A stretch of DNA of 64,000 nucleotides from Tidjanibacter sp. (GCA_048214935.1 DBFWXZ010000026.1:346173-410172); one strand, 5' to 3'; shown: positions 1 to 7,718, counted from the stretch's first letter. A program made the numbers and translations. Notes: generated from the sequence alone by a model not told the origin.

Positions 1-893
1 CCTTTTTGGAGGTCGTTACCAATCGACGTCATACCTTTCTATCGCTCTATCATCAGGACGCTACCCGATGCCGGTTATCCAAGGATAAGGAGGCTGTCAT
101 CCTGCACCACGATTGGACGGCGTTTTCGGCATCGAAGTCGAAGCGCCTGCCGCTATATCCTCGCTTCGAGGTCGCCAGCGACGGAACGCTGCGGTCTATG
201 GTTCATTATAAGGACTACGAACCCGGATATGAAAACTACGGACTGCCCTCGTATGTTGCCGGACGCGGAGTGTCGGCCATAGCCTATAAAACCGACCGTT
301 GGAATATCAGCCGATTGGACAACTCGTTCCAGCTGTCGGGAGTGATGATGCTCGACCGAAGCGCCGATAGCGACGAACAGGCCCGAGAGATAGTTGCCAC
401 CGCCGAGAAGAAATTCGCCGGAACGCCCGGCCAAGTCATGTTCCTTATTAACCGCGGTGCGGATGATAGCACCAAGTTCGTGCCTATCGAAAGTTCTAAC
501 GAAGGCGATTGGCAAAGCCTTCACGACCAATCTACGGCCGACATCGTGGTGGCGCACTCATGGTTCCGCGCCCTGAGCGGGTTGGATTACTCGACCGGCT
601 TTAATCCGGAACGTATTTTATACGAGTATCAGATAGCCTTGAATACCATAATTCAACCCGAACAGACGGAACTGCTGGAGCCCATTCGCAATATCATGGA
701 ATCCATAGTCGGCATCAATTCTTCATCTATGCAGATTGTCAATCGTCCTCCGGTCACAATCAAACCGGGGTATCTGAAGGTTTGGGAGGCTCGGAAGATA
801 GACGGACTGGATTACGACGAGTACGACCCGGCACAGAATCGCCTGCTGGCGGAAATATCGAAGCGAAATGAAAACTCTGATTCTGCCGCGTGA
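1..893 (+). CDS. Phage portal protein, C-terminal part (5' end lies left of the window)
   Basis: The frame is open to the window edge; the track 'M' at 6 is a TTG inside the frame. The layout resembles Phage_portal-type proteins (YGLPSYVAGRGVSAIAY, KKFAGTPGQVMFL, DIVVAHSWFRALSGL). It is followed by overlapping late genes. Confidence 0.6.
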   Translation, partial: FLEVVTNRRHTFLSLYHQDATRCRLSKDKEAVILHHDWTAFSASKSKRLPLYPRFEVASDGTLRSMVHYKDYEPGYENYGLPSYVAGRGVSAIAYKTDRWNISRLDNSFQLSGVMMLDRSADSDEQAREIVATAEKKFAGTPGQVMFLINRGADDSTKFVPIESSNEGDWQSLHDQSTADIVVAHSWFRALSGLDYSTGFNPERILYEYQIALNTIIQPEQTELLEPIRNIMESIVGINSSSMQIVNRPPVTIKPGYLKVWEARKIDGLDYDEYDPAQNRLLAEISKRNENSDSAA

Positions 894-1338
894 GGTAGTA
901 GAAATCGCTTTTTCGCCCCTCGAACATGTGACCGAGGCGGCGGTTACGGTTCCCAAAATAAAGGCCGCCGAGCTCTGTCATCTGGAACCGGCTTTGGGGG
1001 AATTATACGACGCATTGCTGGAGGGGAAATACGAAGATTTTACCCGGCGATATATAAAGCCCGCGCTTGCTTACTTCGTACGATACGGCGTGATTCCAGA
1101 CCTTGCGGTGAAGATTACAAACTCCGGAGCGCAAACCGTATATACAGACCACACGAACGCAGCCACCGACCGCCAGCGCGACACGGCCCGCGCACAAGCC
1201 AAGTCCGATGCTGACGCATATCTGATGCGAGCAATAAGAGAGCTGGAGGCGCATCCGGAAATATATATCGAGTACAAGCCCCGCCGGATAACAAGCTGCG
1301 CTGGGGGAATAGTTCTTCCTAAACTTATTCGACGATGA
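868..1338 (+). CDS. Phage structural-module hypothetical protein (possible head-tail adaptor)
   Basis: 156-aa ORF overlapping the portal stop by 26 nt and the next ORF by ATGA. Function is guessed from its position after the portal only. Confidence 0.45.
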   Translation: MKTLILPREVVEIAFSPLEHVTEAAVTVPKIKAAELCHLEPALGELYDALLEGKYEDFTRRYIKPALAYFVRYGVIPDLAVKITNSGAQTVYTDHTNAATDRQRDTARAQAKSDADAYLMRAIRELEAHPEIYIEYKPRRITSCAGGIVLPKLIRR

Positions 1339-1649
1339 ACGTACGCTATCGGGGCGAAACCATATCCTTTGATATTGAAGGAACCGGCGGGGTCGATTTG
1401 ACAACTCTGGACTTCGCCGTGTACCTCTACTGTCACCGGGATAACCCTACTATATTACGAAAGCAGGACGCTTTGGAAGTATCGCCCGGCCGATACAGAT
1501 GCACTTTACCGGCAAAACTCACCGCTCGAATGGACACGGGGCGTTATGGGGTTGAAGTGTTCTTGGAGGGAGAAAAAAGGACATCCATATGCGTCGTGAA
1601 CGAATGGTTTACCCTTGCCGATGCGGTCTCTAAAGCGGAGGTAATATGA
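1335..1649 (+). CDS. Phage hypothetical protein (small beta-rich)
   Basis: 104-aa ORF, ATGA-coupled on both sides. I recognise no motif. Confidence 0.45.
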   Translation: MNVRYRGETISFDIEGTGGVDLTTLDFAVYLYCHRDNPTILRKQDALEVSPGRYRCTLPAKLTARMDTGRYGVEVFLEGEKRTSICVVNEWFTLADAVSKAEVI

Positions 1650-3064
1650 TGTGTAATTCCACCGGGTCGGTAAAGCTGACACTTCTCTCCGGGCCAGAAC
1701 CGCAGTCGCAAGCAAACGAGATAACCGTTTCGTTGGAGTGTGGCCGGGACGGCTTTTCCCCGCGAGTGCTCGTCCGCGAGAACGACGACCTAACGCGCGA
1801 CCTTATCATCACCGACGAGGAGGGCGAAAAGACGATACCAAACATCGTAACTTATGCTGCGGTGGAGAAAGTAACCGGGGATTTGAGTGCCGCCATTAAA
1901 AGTGCCGACGATGCAGCACAGACGGCCGCAGGGGCTGCTTATGTCGCCGGATACTACGGTTCGGCGGCGAGCGATGCGGCCGATTACGCCAACAAAACGG
2001 CCGCTGAAGCCGTACAGGCTGCGCAACAGGCTCGGGATGCCACCCAGAAGGCTTTAGAGGCAACAGATACAGCCAACGATGCCGCCACTCGAATAGATAA
2101 AGGCGTACAGGATGCCCAGAACGCTCTGGAGCGTGCAGAAGCGGCAGTTTCAGATGCGGCAGCAGCACTAACGAGTGCCACCGAAGCGGCAACAAGCGCG
2201 ACGGATGCCGCAGCACAGGCTACCGCTTCAGCTACCGCTGCCGATATGGCTGCCTTCCGTGCTAACAGCGCGGCAGACAGACTGACCGTGGGTGCAGTGA
2301 GTGCGACGGAAGGTATATTCCGTCAGGATTCCGGAATGTTGTGGTTGGGCAAAAACCAATCCATAGAGATGTTTTTGCGGATGCCGACTGAACCTATAAG
2401 CGGCTTTCAGTGGGTATTGAATTCACGCACGGAAGGATATACACAACTACTTCTGATGCTTTACCCGGCAGATGAAGGGTATTCCCTCAATGCGCAGGTT
2501 AATAATGGAGGGTTAACCTTCCTGACATCTTACGGAAAGGCATACCATATAGTCCTTTCCGTGAACGAAAATCATTTATTCTATTACGTGAACGGCTCGC
2601 TTGTGGGAGAGGTGGCCCCGAGAACCTTCCTGCCGACGGATTCCATATTCTACATATCCAACGCCGTCGCGGGATATGGATTCAGCGGCCTTATGTTTCA
2701 CGTTCGAGTATTTAACCGCGGGCTGACTACCGAGGAAGTCACTCAGATGTGGAACGACGGACGACCACAGGAATATGTTTTGTCGCAACCGCTGGCGGCT
2801 GCTTGTGTAGGAGAATATTTGCCGCAGAACCTTCAGGCTGCGGGGTGGACGGACACCTCGGGTAACGGAAACGATTTCGTACTCTACGGCACGGCCACGC
2901 CGGTGGAGGATAGACCCTGCCTGCCCAGAATTATTACTGCGGCCGGGGCTCCAGATGTCCCGCCGTTATTCGTAGGCCAAACCTGCATAGATACCACATC
3001 TAAGAACATTTATATGGGAGCCGGGATACTATCAGCGGACGATTGGGTTATGATTAATGGATGA
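1646..3064 (+). CDS. Phage tail fibre / receptor-binding protein with Ala-rich coiled-coil and LamG-like (concanavalin-A-like) domain
   Basis: 472 aa. Residues ~80-215 are an Ala/Thr/Asp/Gln-rich helical stretch (AAQTAAGAAYVAG...ATSATDAAAQATASATAADMAAF). The C-terminal half has a LamG-like pattern (NHLFYYVNGSLVGE...MFHVRVFNRGLTTEEV). Confidence 0.6.
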   Translation: MMCNSTGSVKLTLLSGPEPQSQANEITVSLECGRDGFSPRVLVRENDDLTRDLIITDEEGEKTIPNIVTYAAVEKVTGDLSAAIKSADDAAQTAAGAAYVAGYYGSAASDAADYANKTAAEAVQAAQQARDATQKALEATDTANDAATRIDKGVQDAQNALERAEAAVSDAAAALTSATEAATSATDAAAQATASATAADMAAFRANSAADRLTVGAVSATEGIFRQDSGMLWLGKNQSIEMFLRMPTEPISGFQWVLNSRTEGYTQLLLMLYPADEGYSLNAQVNNGGLTFLTSYGKAYHIVLSVNENHLFYYVNGSLVGEVAPRTFLPTDSIFYISNAVAGYGFSGLMFHVRVFNRGLTTEEVTQMWNDGRPQEYVLSQPLAAACVGEYLPQNLQAAGWTDTSGNGNDFVLYGTATPVEDRPCLPRIITAAGAPDVPPLFVGQTCIDTTSKNIYMGAGILSADDWVMING

Positions 3065-3360
3065 CGATTATGTATAATGCGATGCCGGAAAACATAAGAC
3101 GGCAGATGGAGGTAGAGGCCCCACCTGTGGAAATGGGATATTCAGCCGAGGAAGGGACGTTCAAGTACCGGCTCAATAAGTTGTATGCCCGTCGTAACGA
3201 GCATAGGGCATATCTGGCCCGGACCGACTGGTGCGAGGTGAAATGTTCCGAACAGGGAATAGACATCCGTTCCAAGTATCCTGAACAATCCGCTCTAAGG
3301 GAACAGGCTCGGGAAATTATCAACCTTATAGAAGCAGAAATAGCGGCACATCATGTTTGA
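3061..3360 (+). CDS. Phage hypothetical protein (position of a tail-fibre assembly/chaperone gene)
   Basis: 99-aa ORF, ATGA-coupled to the fibre gene. Function inferred from position only. Confidence 0.4.
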   Translation: MTIMYNAMPENIRRQMEVEAPPVEMGYSAEEGTFKYRLNKLYARRNEHRAYLARTDWCEVKCSEQGIDIRSKYPEQSALREQAREIINLIEAEIAAHHV

Positions 3361-3844
3361 AATTATATCCAATATTACCGGCGTGGAGGCGCTGATGTTG
3401 CGCCGAGCAATAATCATAGAAATAGCTATATGGGCGGTAATGCTCATCGCCGTACTCATCGACATGCGAACCGGCATCCGCCGAGCGCGTGCCTTGGGTA
3501 TAAAGCCCAATTCCCACGGACTGAAACGCACGTTTGTCAAACTCGGCGACTACGGCAAGGTAACAGCCCTGTTTATGTGCATCGACATTCTGGCGATGCT
3601 TTTCAGCCTGTACGTACTTCCCTACGCTTCCGGAATATCCGCCGTCGGGGCCGTAATGATAGAATGTTGGTCTGTGCGCGAAAATCTTCGGGCCGTCAAG
3701 TCCTCGGCGGCCGCCATTCCGGAAGTGGCCCGGAAGCTCGCTTCCACTAAAGACCCACAGGAAGTGATGCAGATAATGCAAGACTTCGTTACGCTTCTGG
3801 CAAAACACAAATCGGAAGAAACTGATAAAATGCTTTCAAAATGA
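3353..3844 (+). CDS. Phage holin (Phage_holin_4-like)
   Basis: 163 aa with hydrophobic helices (IIIEIAIWAVMLIAVLI, VTALFMCIDILAMLFSLYVL, ISAVGAVMIECW). It has the ...DMRTGIRRA....SHGLKRT... pattern typical of that holin family and lies just upstream of the endolysin. Confidence 0.6.
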   Translation: MFEIISNITGVEALMLRRAIIIEIAIWAVMLIAVLIDMRTGIRRARALGIKPNSHGLKRTFVKLGDYGKVTALFMCIDILAMLFSLYVLPYASGISAVGAVMIECWSVRENLRAVKSSAAAIPEVARKLASTKDPQEVMQIMQDFVTLLAKHKSEETDKMLSK

Positions 3845-3987
3845 AAAAGAAATTGATTATCGTAGGCGTTGCCGTCGTAGCGGCTGCCGCCGCATTGCTA
3901 TTCTTTCCGCGCTATGCGCTGGTCGGAATTCTGTGCGCCCTCGTCGGGTGGGTAGGGCATTATATGTACGTTAAACCGCAGGCGTAA
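3841..3987 (+). CDS. 48-aa membrane protein in the lysis cassette (second holin/antiholin-like); absent from the ORF track (<60 aa)
   Basis: The ATG at 3841 overlaps the holin TGA (aATGa). Translation: MKKKLIIVGVAVVAAAAALLFFPRYALVGILCALVGWVGHYMYVKPQA, i.e. two hydrophobic segments. TAA at 3985-3987. Confidence 0.45.
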   Translation: MKKKLIIVGVAVVAAAAALLFFPRYALVGILCALVGWVGHYMYVKPQA

Positions 3988-4008
3988 GGCCCTACAACCC
4001 CCTTGATT

Positions 4009-4425
4009 ATGTTACCGCGAGGACTACGCAACAACAATCCGGGCAATATCCGCAAGTCAGCCGACCTGTGGGCGGGCGAGGTGTGTCCGTCCACCGATGC
4101 CGAGTTCTGCCAATTTCAGACGATGGCCCACGGCTACCGAGCGATGTTCGTTATTCTGAACAACTACCAGCGGCGGCACGGCCTTACTACCCTTCGTCAG
4201 ATGATAAGCCGCTGGGCTCCGCCCGAGGACAACAACCACACGGAAGCCTACATTGCGGCCGTGTGCCGCGAGACCGGGATAGACCCGGACAGCCGGATAA
4301 CGACGACCAACCGGGACGTGATGATACCGGTCGTATCCGCGATGAGCCGCGTAGAGAACGGATGTCCGGCCGACTATGCCGAGGTACAAAAAGGATGGAA
4401 CCTGTTTCAACAGTCGAGGCGATGA
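4009..4425 (+). CDS. Phage endolysin / peptidoglycan hydrolase of the 'structural protein P5'-like family
   Basis: N-terminal GLRNNNPGNIRKS...W.GE motif and ...ISRWAPPEDNNHTEAYI... as in the phi6-P5-like lytic enzyme family common in Bacteroidales prophages. The track starts at TTG 4003; ATG 4009 is preferred. Confidence 0.6.
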   Translation: MLPRGLRNNNPGNIRKSADLWAGEVCPSTDAEFCQFQTMAHGYRAMFVILNNYQRRHGLTTLRQMISRWAPPEDNNHTEAYIAAVCRETGIDPDSRITTTNRDVMIPVVSAMSRVENGCPADYAEVQKGWNLFQQSRR

Positions 4426-5072
4426 AACTGAAAGAAACAGCTATCGTGTTGGGCATTTTGGGTGCTTTTTTCCTGTCCGGCTATCTACTCGGCCGGTGTA
4501 CCGCAGGCCATTCAAAAGAAACGGCTGCAAAGCCGGAAACCGGCATCCTTACAGCCGAGAGGCTTCAGCCGGTCGAGATAACGGAACCGGAGGATATTTT
4601 GTTCGCCAATCCGGAACCGAAGCCCGAAACGAAGGTTATGCCTAAACGAAAGGGAATCGCTGTACAAGAAAGCGGGAATAAACAGGAAAGAGCTCTTTCG
4701 GATATTCCGCCGGCCCGTCCGGTTCAACCCGGCGACGATACGTTAAAATACGCCCTTGCAACGGTTCGCGATTGGAACCGCGAAAGAGTTTACCGGGGGA
4801 CGCTCTTTAACAACGCTCGTTCCGGTACGCTCACTTACCATGCTGCCGTGCAATATAACGCGCTGAAGGCACTCGAATACGATTTCGTCCCCGCTCCGGT
4901 TACGGTCAAACGAAACCGGCTGCGTCCTTACCTGCGCGGGCAAATCGACACCCGTGGAACGTATGGCGTTTCAGTGGGAGCCTTATATAGATGGTTCGGT
5001 GCGGATGTCGGCATCGTCCGCTATGATAGGAATAAGTATGCCATATCCGTGGGAGTGATGATTATATTTTGA
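4422..5072 (+). CDS. Membrane-anchored lysis-cassette protein (candidate spanin-like)
   Basis: Trimmed from track ORF 4068..5072 to the ATG that overlaps the endolysin TGA (ATGA at 4422); ATG 4395 is an alternative. It has an N-terminal TM helix (AIVLGILGAFFLSGYLLG), a Pro/Glu/Lys linker and a beta-rich C-terminus ending ...ISVGVMIIF. Confidence 0.5.
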   Translation: MKLKETAIVLGILGAFFLSGYLLGRCTAGHSKETAAKPETGILTAERLQPVEITEPEDILFANPEPKPETKVMPKRKGIAVQESGNKQERALSDIPPARPVQPGDDTLKYALATVRDWNRERVYRGTLFNNARSGTLTYHAAVQYNALKALEYDFVPAPVTVKRNRLRPYLRGQIDTRGTYGVSVGALYRWFGADVGIVRYDRNKYAISVGVMIIF

Positions 5073-5103
5073 GTGCATCCCCGAATCGGGGAAGGCAATC
5101 GAA

Positions 5104-5135
5104 GGACGGTAAGCAGATTTGCCGTCCTCTGTTTT
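5104..5135 (+). terminator. Intrinsic terminator after the prophage lysis genes
   Basis: GGACGG (5104-5109) pairs with CCGTCC (5122-5127), followed by TCTGTTTT. Confidence 0.5.
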
Positions 5136-5222
5136 AAAAATCGGAAAGAATAATGTATCCGATGCGAACAAAGGCGAAGTAATTTCCGAAATTTATGCCC
5201 CGCCTTATGTCCCGCCCAAAAC

Positions 5223-5249
5223 AAAAGCCGCTGTAAATCAGCGGCTTTT
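5223..5249. terminator. Bidirectional hairpin terminator downstream of tRNA-Leu(GAG)
   Basis: AAAAGCCGCTG / CAGCGGCTTTT perfect 11-bp stem with a 5-nt loop, flanked by an A-run and a T-run. Confidence 0.65.
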
Positions 5250-5261
5250 CTTGTTAAAATG

Positions 5262-5347
5262 TGCCCAGGACGAGACTCGAACTCACACGGACTATAACGT
5301 CCACTACCCCCTCAAAGTAGCGTGTCTACCAATTCCACCACCTGGGC
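5262..5347 (-). tRNA. tRNA-Leu (anticodon GAG), class II with long variable arm
   Basis: Hand-folded: acceptor GCCCAGG/CCTGGGC+A; anticodon stem CTACT/GGTAG with loop TTGAGGG; variable arm TGGACGTTATAGTCCGT; T-loop TTCGAGT. The T-stem GTGAG/CTCGT has two G-U pairs. Confidence 0.85.
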
Positions 5348-5380
5348 TTGCGATTGATTAAAAAAACAAGGAAATGCGGC

Positions 5381-5396
5381 GAGGGATTAATCCCTC
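5381..5396. repeat. Perfect 16-bp palindrome GAGGGATTAATCCCTC
   Basis: Read directly from the sequence, 34 nt upstream of the tRNA-Leu(GAG) 5' end. Confidence 0.9.
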
Positions 5397-5410
5397 ATGC
5401 CGAATTTCCT

Positions 5411-5438
5411 CTACTAACCTAAAACTACTAACCTAAAA
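5411..5438. repeat. Tandem direct repeat 2 x 14 bp (CTACTAACCTAAAA)
   Basis: 5411-5424 and 5425-5438 are identical. A degenerate third copy (AACCTTAAAA) follows. Confidence 0.9.
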
Positions 5439-5458
5439 TGAACCTTAAAACTTCGGCA

Positions 5459-5466
5459 CAAAGATA
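5459..5466 (-). promoter_or_regulatory. Bacteroidota -7 box (TATCTTTG on minus strand), possible tRNA-Leu(GAG) promoter
   Basis: The plus strand reads CAAAGATA, which matches TAnnTTTG on the minus strand. It lies 112 nt upstream of the tRNA 5' end, which is long for a tRNA leader. Confidence 0.3.
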
Positions 5467-5717
5467 AGCAGTTTTTTTCGTTCCTCCAAATCATCTTAAA
5501 AAAATTCATTAATTCTTTAAGCGACTTAATCGGAGAAACGTGGTCGGGAAATCCTATGCAAAGAACCTTTGCTTTCTAAGCGGAGGCAAATATATGCAGG
5601 TTTTTCGGTTTATCAAAATATTTTTCGCTTACGGTCGGTTTGTGGCCGCCGATAAAAGAGAAAAATCAGCCGACCCTAAATTTTTCCGGCAAAGTTCTCG
5701 GATATGAAAAATATGCT

Positions 5718-5725
5718 TATATTTG
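5718..5725 (+). promoter_or_regulatory. Bacteroidota -7 box TATATTTG upstream of tRNA-Leu(CAG)
   Basis: Matches TAnnTTTG, 49 nt upstream of the tRNA 5' end. Confidence 0.4.
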
Positions 5726-5773
5726 CACGCCTTTCCGAAACATCCGCCTGAGAAAGGCCGTTCTGTAAACCAT

Positions 5774-5855
5774 GCCCAGGTGGCGGAACTGGTAGACGCG
5801 CACGTTTCAGGTGCGTGTGCCGCAAGGCGTGCAGGTTCGATTCCTGTCCTGGGCA
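5774..5855 (+). tRNA. tRNA-Leu (anticodon CAG), class II
   Basis: Hand-folded: acceptor GCCCAGG/CCTGGGC+A; anticodon stem CACGT/GCGTG with loop TTCAGGT; T-arm GCAGG-TTCGATT-CCTGT. Confidence 0.9.
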
Positions 5856-5869
5856 CTTATTCTTTAGTA

Positions 5870-5896
5870 GGGAGCTGATTTTCAGCTCCCTTTTTT
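5870..5896 (+). terminator. Intrinsic terminator after tRNA-Leu(CAG)
   Basis: GGGAGCTG / CAGCTCCC 8-bp stem followed by TTTTTT. Confidence 0.75.
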
Positions 5897-6189
5897 GTTT
5901 GCACGACCGGTTGAGGAAATCCCCAAAAAATTGATAGTTCACCCCGACGCATCGGCAAAGTGAGCTGTCGCCAATTTCTTTACTGTAAAGAAAGTTAATT
6001 GTACTGTTTGTTGATATATTTATTTTAATCCTGTCATTCTTTTTGGCTATCCCGCTTCCCCCCCCCGACAAGTAAACGGCCAATGCCTTTTAGGGAGGCT
6101 TGTCTGCCATTGCAGGCGCAGAAGCACAACTGCTCAATCCGATTACGGATAAGAGTGAACGCAAAAGTTTAGTTTTCACGGCGGATATT

Positions 6190-7263
6190 TTATTTCAGGT
6201 TTTCGAGAAAGAATGTTTCCAGCTCGTCGAACGGAATTGCACGGTCATAAAGGTCGGTATGGTTGGCCCCGGGTAGAATCAGCAATTTCTTGTTATCGCC
6301 CGTCAGCTTTTTGAAGGCATCCTCGCTGAAGTAGCGCGAGTGGGCTTTCTCTCCATGTATAAGGAGTACGGGACGAGTGATTTCACCTATGTAGGACAGT
6401 AAGGGCATGTTAATGAATGCCAGCGGCATAGTGGGACTCCATGCACCGTTGGAATTGATGGAACGGGGATGGAAACCTCGGTCGGTCTTGTAATAGTCGA
6501 AATAATCCTTGACGAATTGAGGTTCTTCGCCAGTGATGCTGTCCGGCAGTCCGGGGGTACCGGGAGTGCTCGTTCCGGCTTGTGCGTCGCGGGTACGGAT
6601 GGCATTCATCGCTTCGCGTTTCCGGTTGCGGGCAGGGGCGCTGTCTTCGGAGTCGAAATAACCGTTGGCATTCACGCGGCTCATATCGTACATCGTGGAG
6701 GCTACCGTTGCCTTGATGCGCGCGTCCATCGCCGCCGCATTCAGCCCCATGCCCCCGAATCCGCATATGCCTATAATACCGATACGCTCCGCATCCACAT
6801 CGGGCAATGCGGTGAGGAAATCCACCGCCGCGCCGAAATCTTCGGTATTGATGTCGGGCGATGCCACATTGCGGGGTTCGCCGCCGCTTTCGCCGGTATA
6901 GGAAGGGTCGAACGCAATGGTAAGGAACCCGCGTTCAGCCATTGTTTGTGCATAGAGTCCCGAAGCCTGTTCCTTTACTGCGCCGAACGGTCCGCTCACG
7001 GCAATGGCGGCCAGTTTACCTTCGGCGTGTTTGGGTTCGTACAGGTCGGCGGCGAGCGTTATGCCGTAACGATTCCTGAATGTCACTTTGCGGTGATTTA
7101 CTTTGTCGCTTTCAGGAAATTTTTTGTCCCATTCTCGCGTAAGAGTCAATGTTTCCATGTTATCGCTCGTTTTTTGATTGGTTTTACCGTTCGTGCAGCC
7201 TGCAAACATGGCGATGCCCGTTACAGCCGCGACTGCCGCGGATTTAAAATTCATCGTTTTCAT
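6190..7263 (-). CDS. Alpha/beta-hydrolase-fold lipoprotein (dienelactone-hydrolase/S15-like), probable Cys nucleophile
   Basis: Lipobox ...GIAMFAGC. The nucleophile-elbow region is ERIGIIGICGFGGMG (Cys167, codon 6763-6765). The C-terminal ...LPGANHTDLYD could supply the His. Family-level call only. Confidence 0.7.
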   Translation of the reverse strand: MKTMNFKSAAVAAVTGIAMFAGCTNGKTNQKTSDNMETLTLTREWDKKFPESDKVNHRKVTFRNRYGITLAADLYEPKHAEGKLAAIAVSGPFGAVKEQASGLYAQTMAERGFLTIAFDPSYTGESGGEPRNVASPDINTEDFGAAVDFLTALPDVDAERIGIIGICGFGGMGLNAAAMDARIKATVASTMYDMSRVNANGYFDSEDSAPARNRKREAMNAIRTRDAQAGTSTPGTPGLPDSITGEEPQFVKDYFDYYKTDRGFHPRSINSNGAWSPTMPLAFINMPLLSYIGEITRPVLLIHGEKAHSRYFSEDAFKKLTGDNKKLLILPGANHTDLYDRAIPFDELETFFLENLK

Positions 7264-7718
7264 CTAAGTCGCATTTAATCCTTATGGATTGTTTTTCAAA
7301 GCTGGTGTGCCGTCTTACCTGATTTACGGCAGCAGGACGGCGGTTTGACCGGTATGGAAAGGCCGGGGCCCGTGTTTGTTTTCATCGCTGTTTACCGTAC
7401 TATTTCAATACCAACCGTGTTTCTCGTTCCGGTCGTCCGTATCGATTTTTACCGTTCCTTCCGGTATCGGTCCGCAACAAAGTGTGCGCGTCGTGTCCGA
7501 TGGACGGCTTTTTATGTCCGTTTCTGAGCATTACTGCGTATGGACTGCCGTTCGTCGAATCGGTCGGATTCAGGTTAGGGTAGGGCACGGAATTTTCCGT
7601 TATTGCCGGATTATTGTCCGGGTCGCAAGTACGCGTTGTCGATGGTGTCCCATGCAACCGAATTAGGAGTGATGACCGCTTTACCATTATGGGGTTTTAT
7701 ATTTGTTCAACACGACGG

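Larger units (their letters stand above)
1..5135. mobile_element. Right-hand end of an integrated tailed-phage genome (portal -> tail fibre -> lysis cassette -> terminator)
   Basis: Nine same-strand ORFs are packed with start/stop overlaps (ATGA junctions at 1335, 1646, 3061, 3841, 4422). Translations are portal-, tail-fibre-, holin- and endolysin-like. The block ends at a hairpin+T-run 127 nt before the 3' end of a tRNA-Leu gene. The left boundary is outside the window. Confidence 0.65.

Noticed and set aside
5119-5361. Track ORFs overlapping tRNA genes (5119..5361, 5629..5856, 5676..6083, 21957..22178, 22018..22239).
   Set aside because: They are read through tRNA-Leu or tRNA-Thr sequences or terminators. 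They have no motifs and are artefacts of six-frame translation.
7400-7687. 95-aa ORF on the minus strand with a promoter box 31 nt upstream of its ATG.
   Set aside because: It uses TCA twice and CTA within its first ten codons, codons that bona fide genes here almost never use. It has no signal peptide or motif, and its composition looks like translated noncoding DNA. It is kept only as part of the 'long leader' finding.
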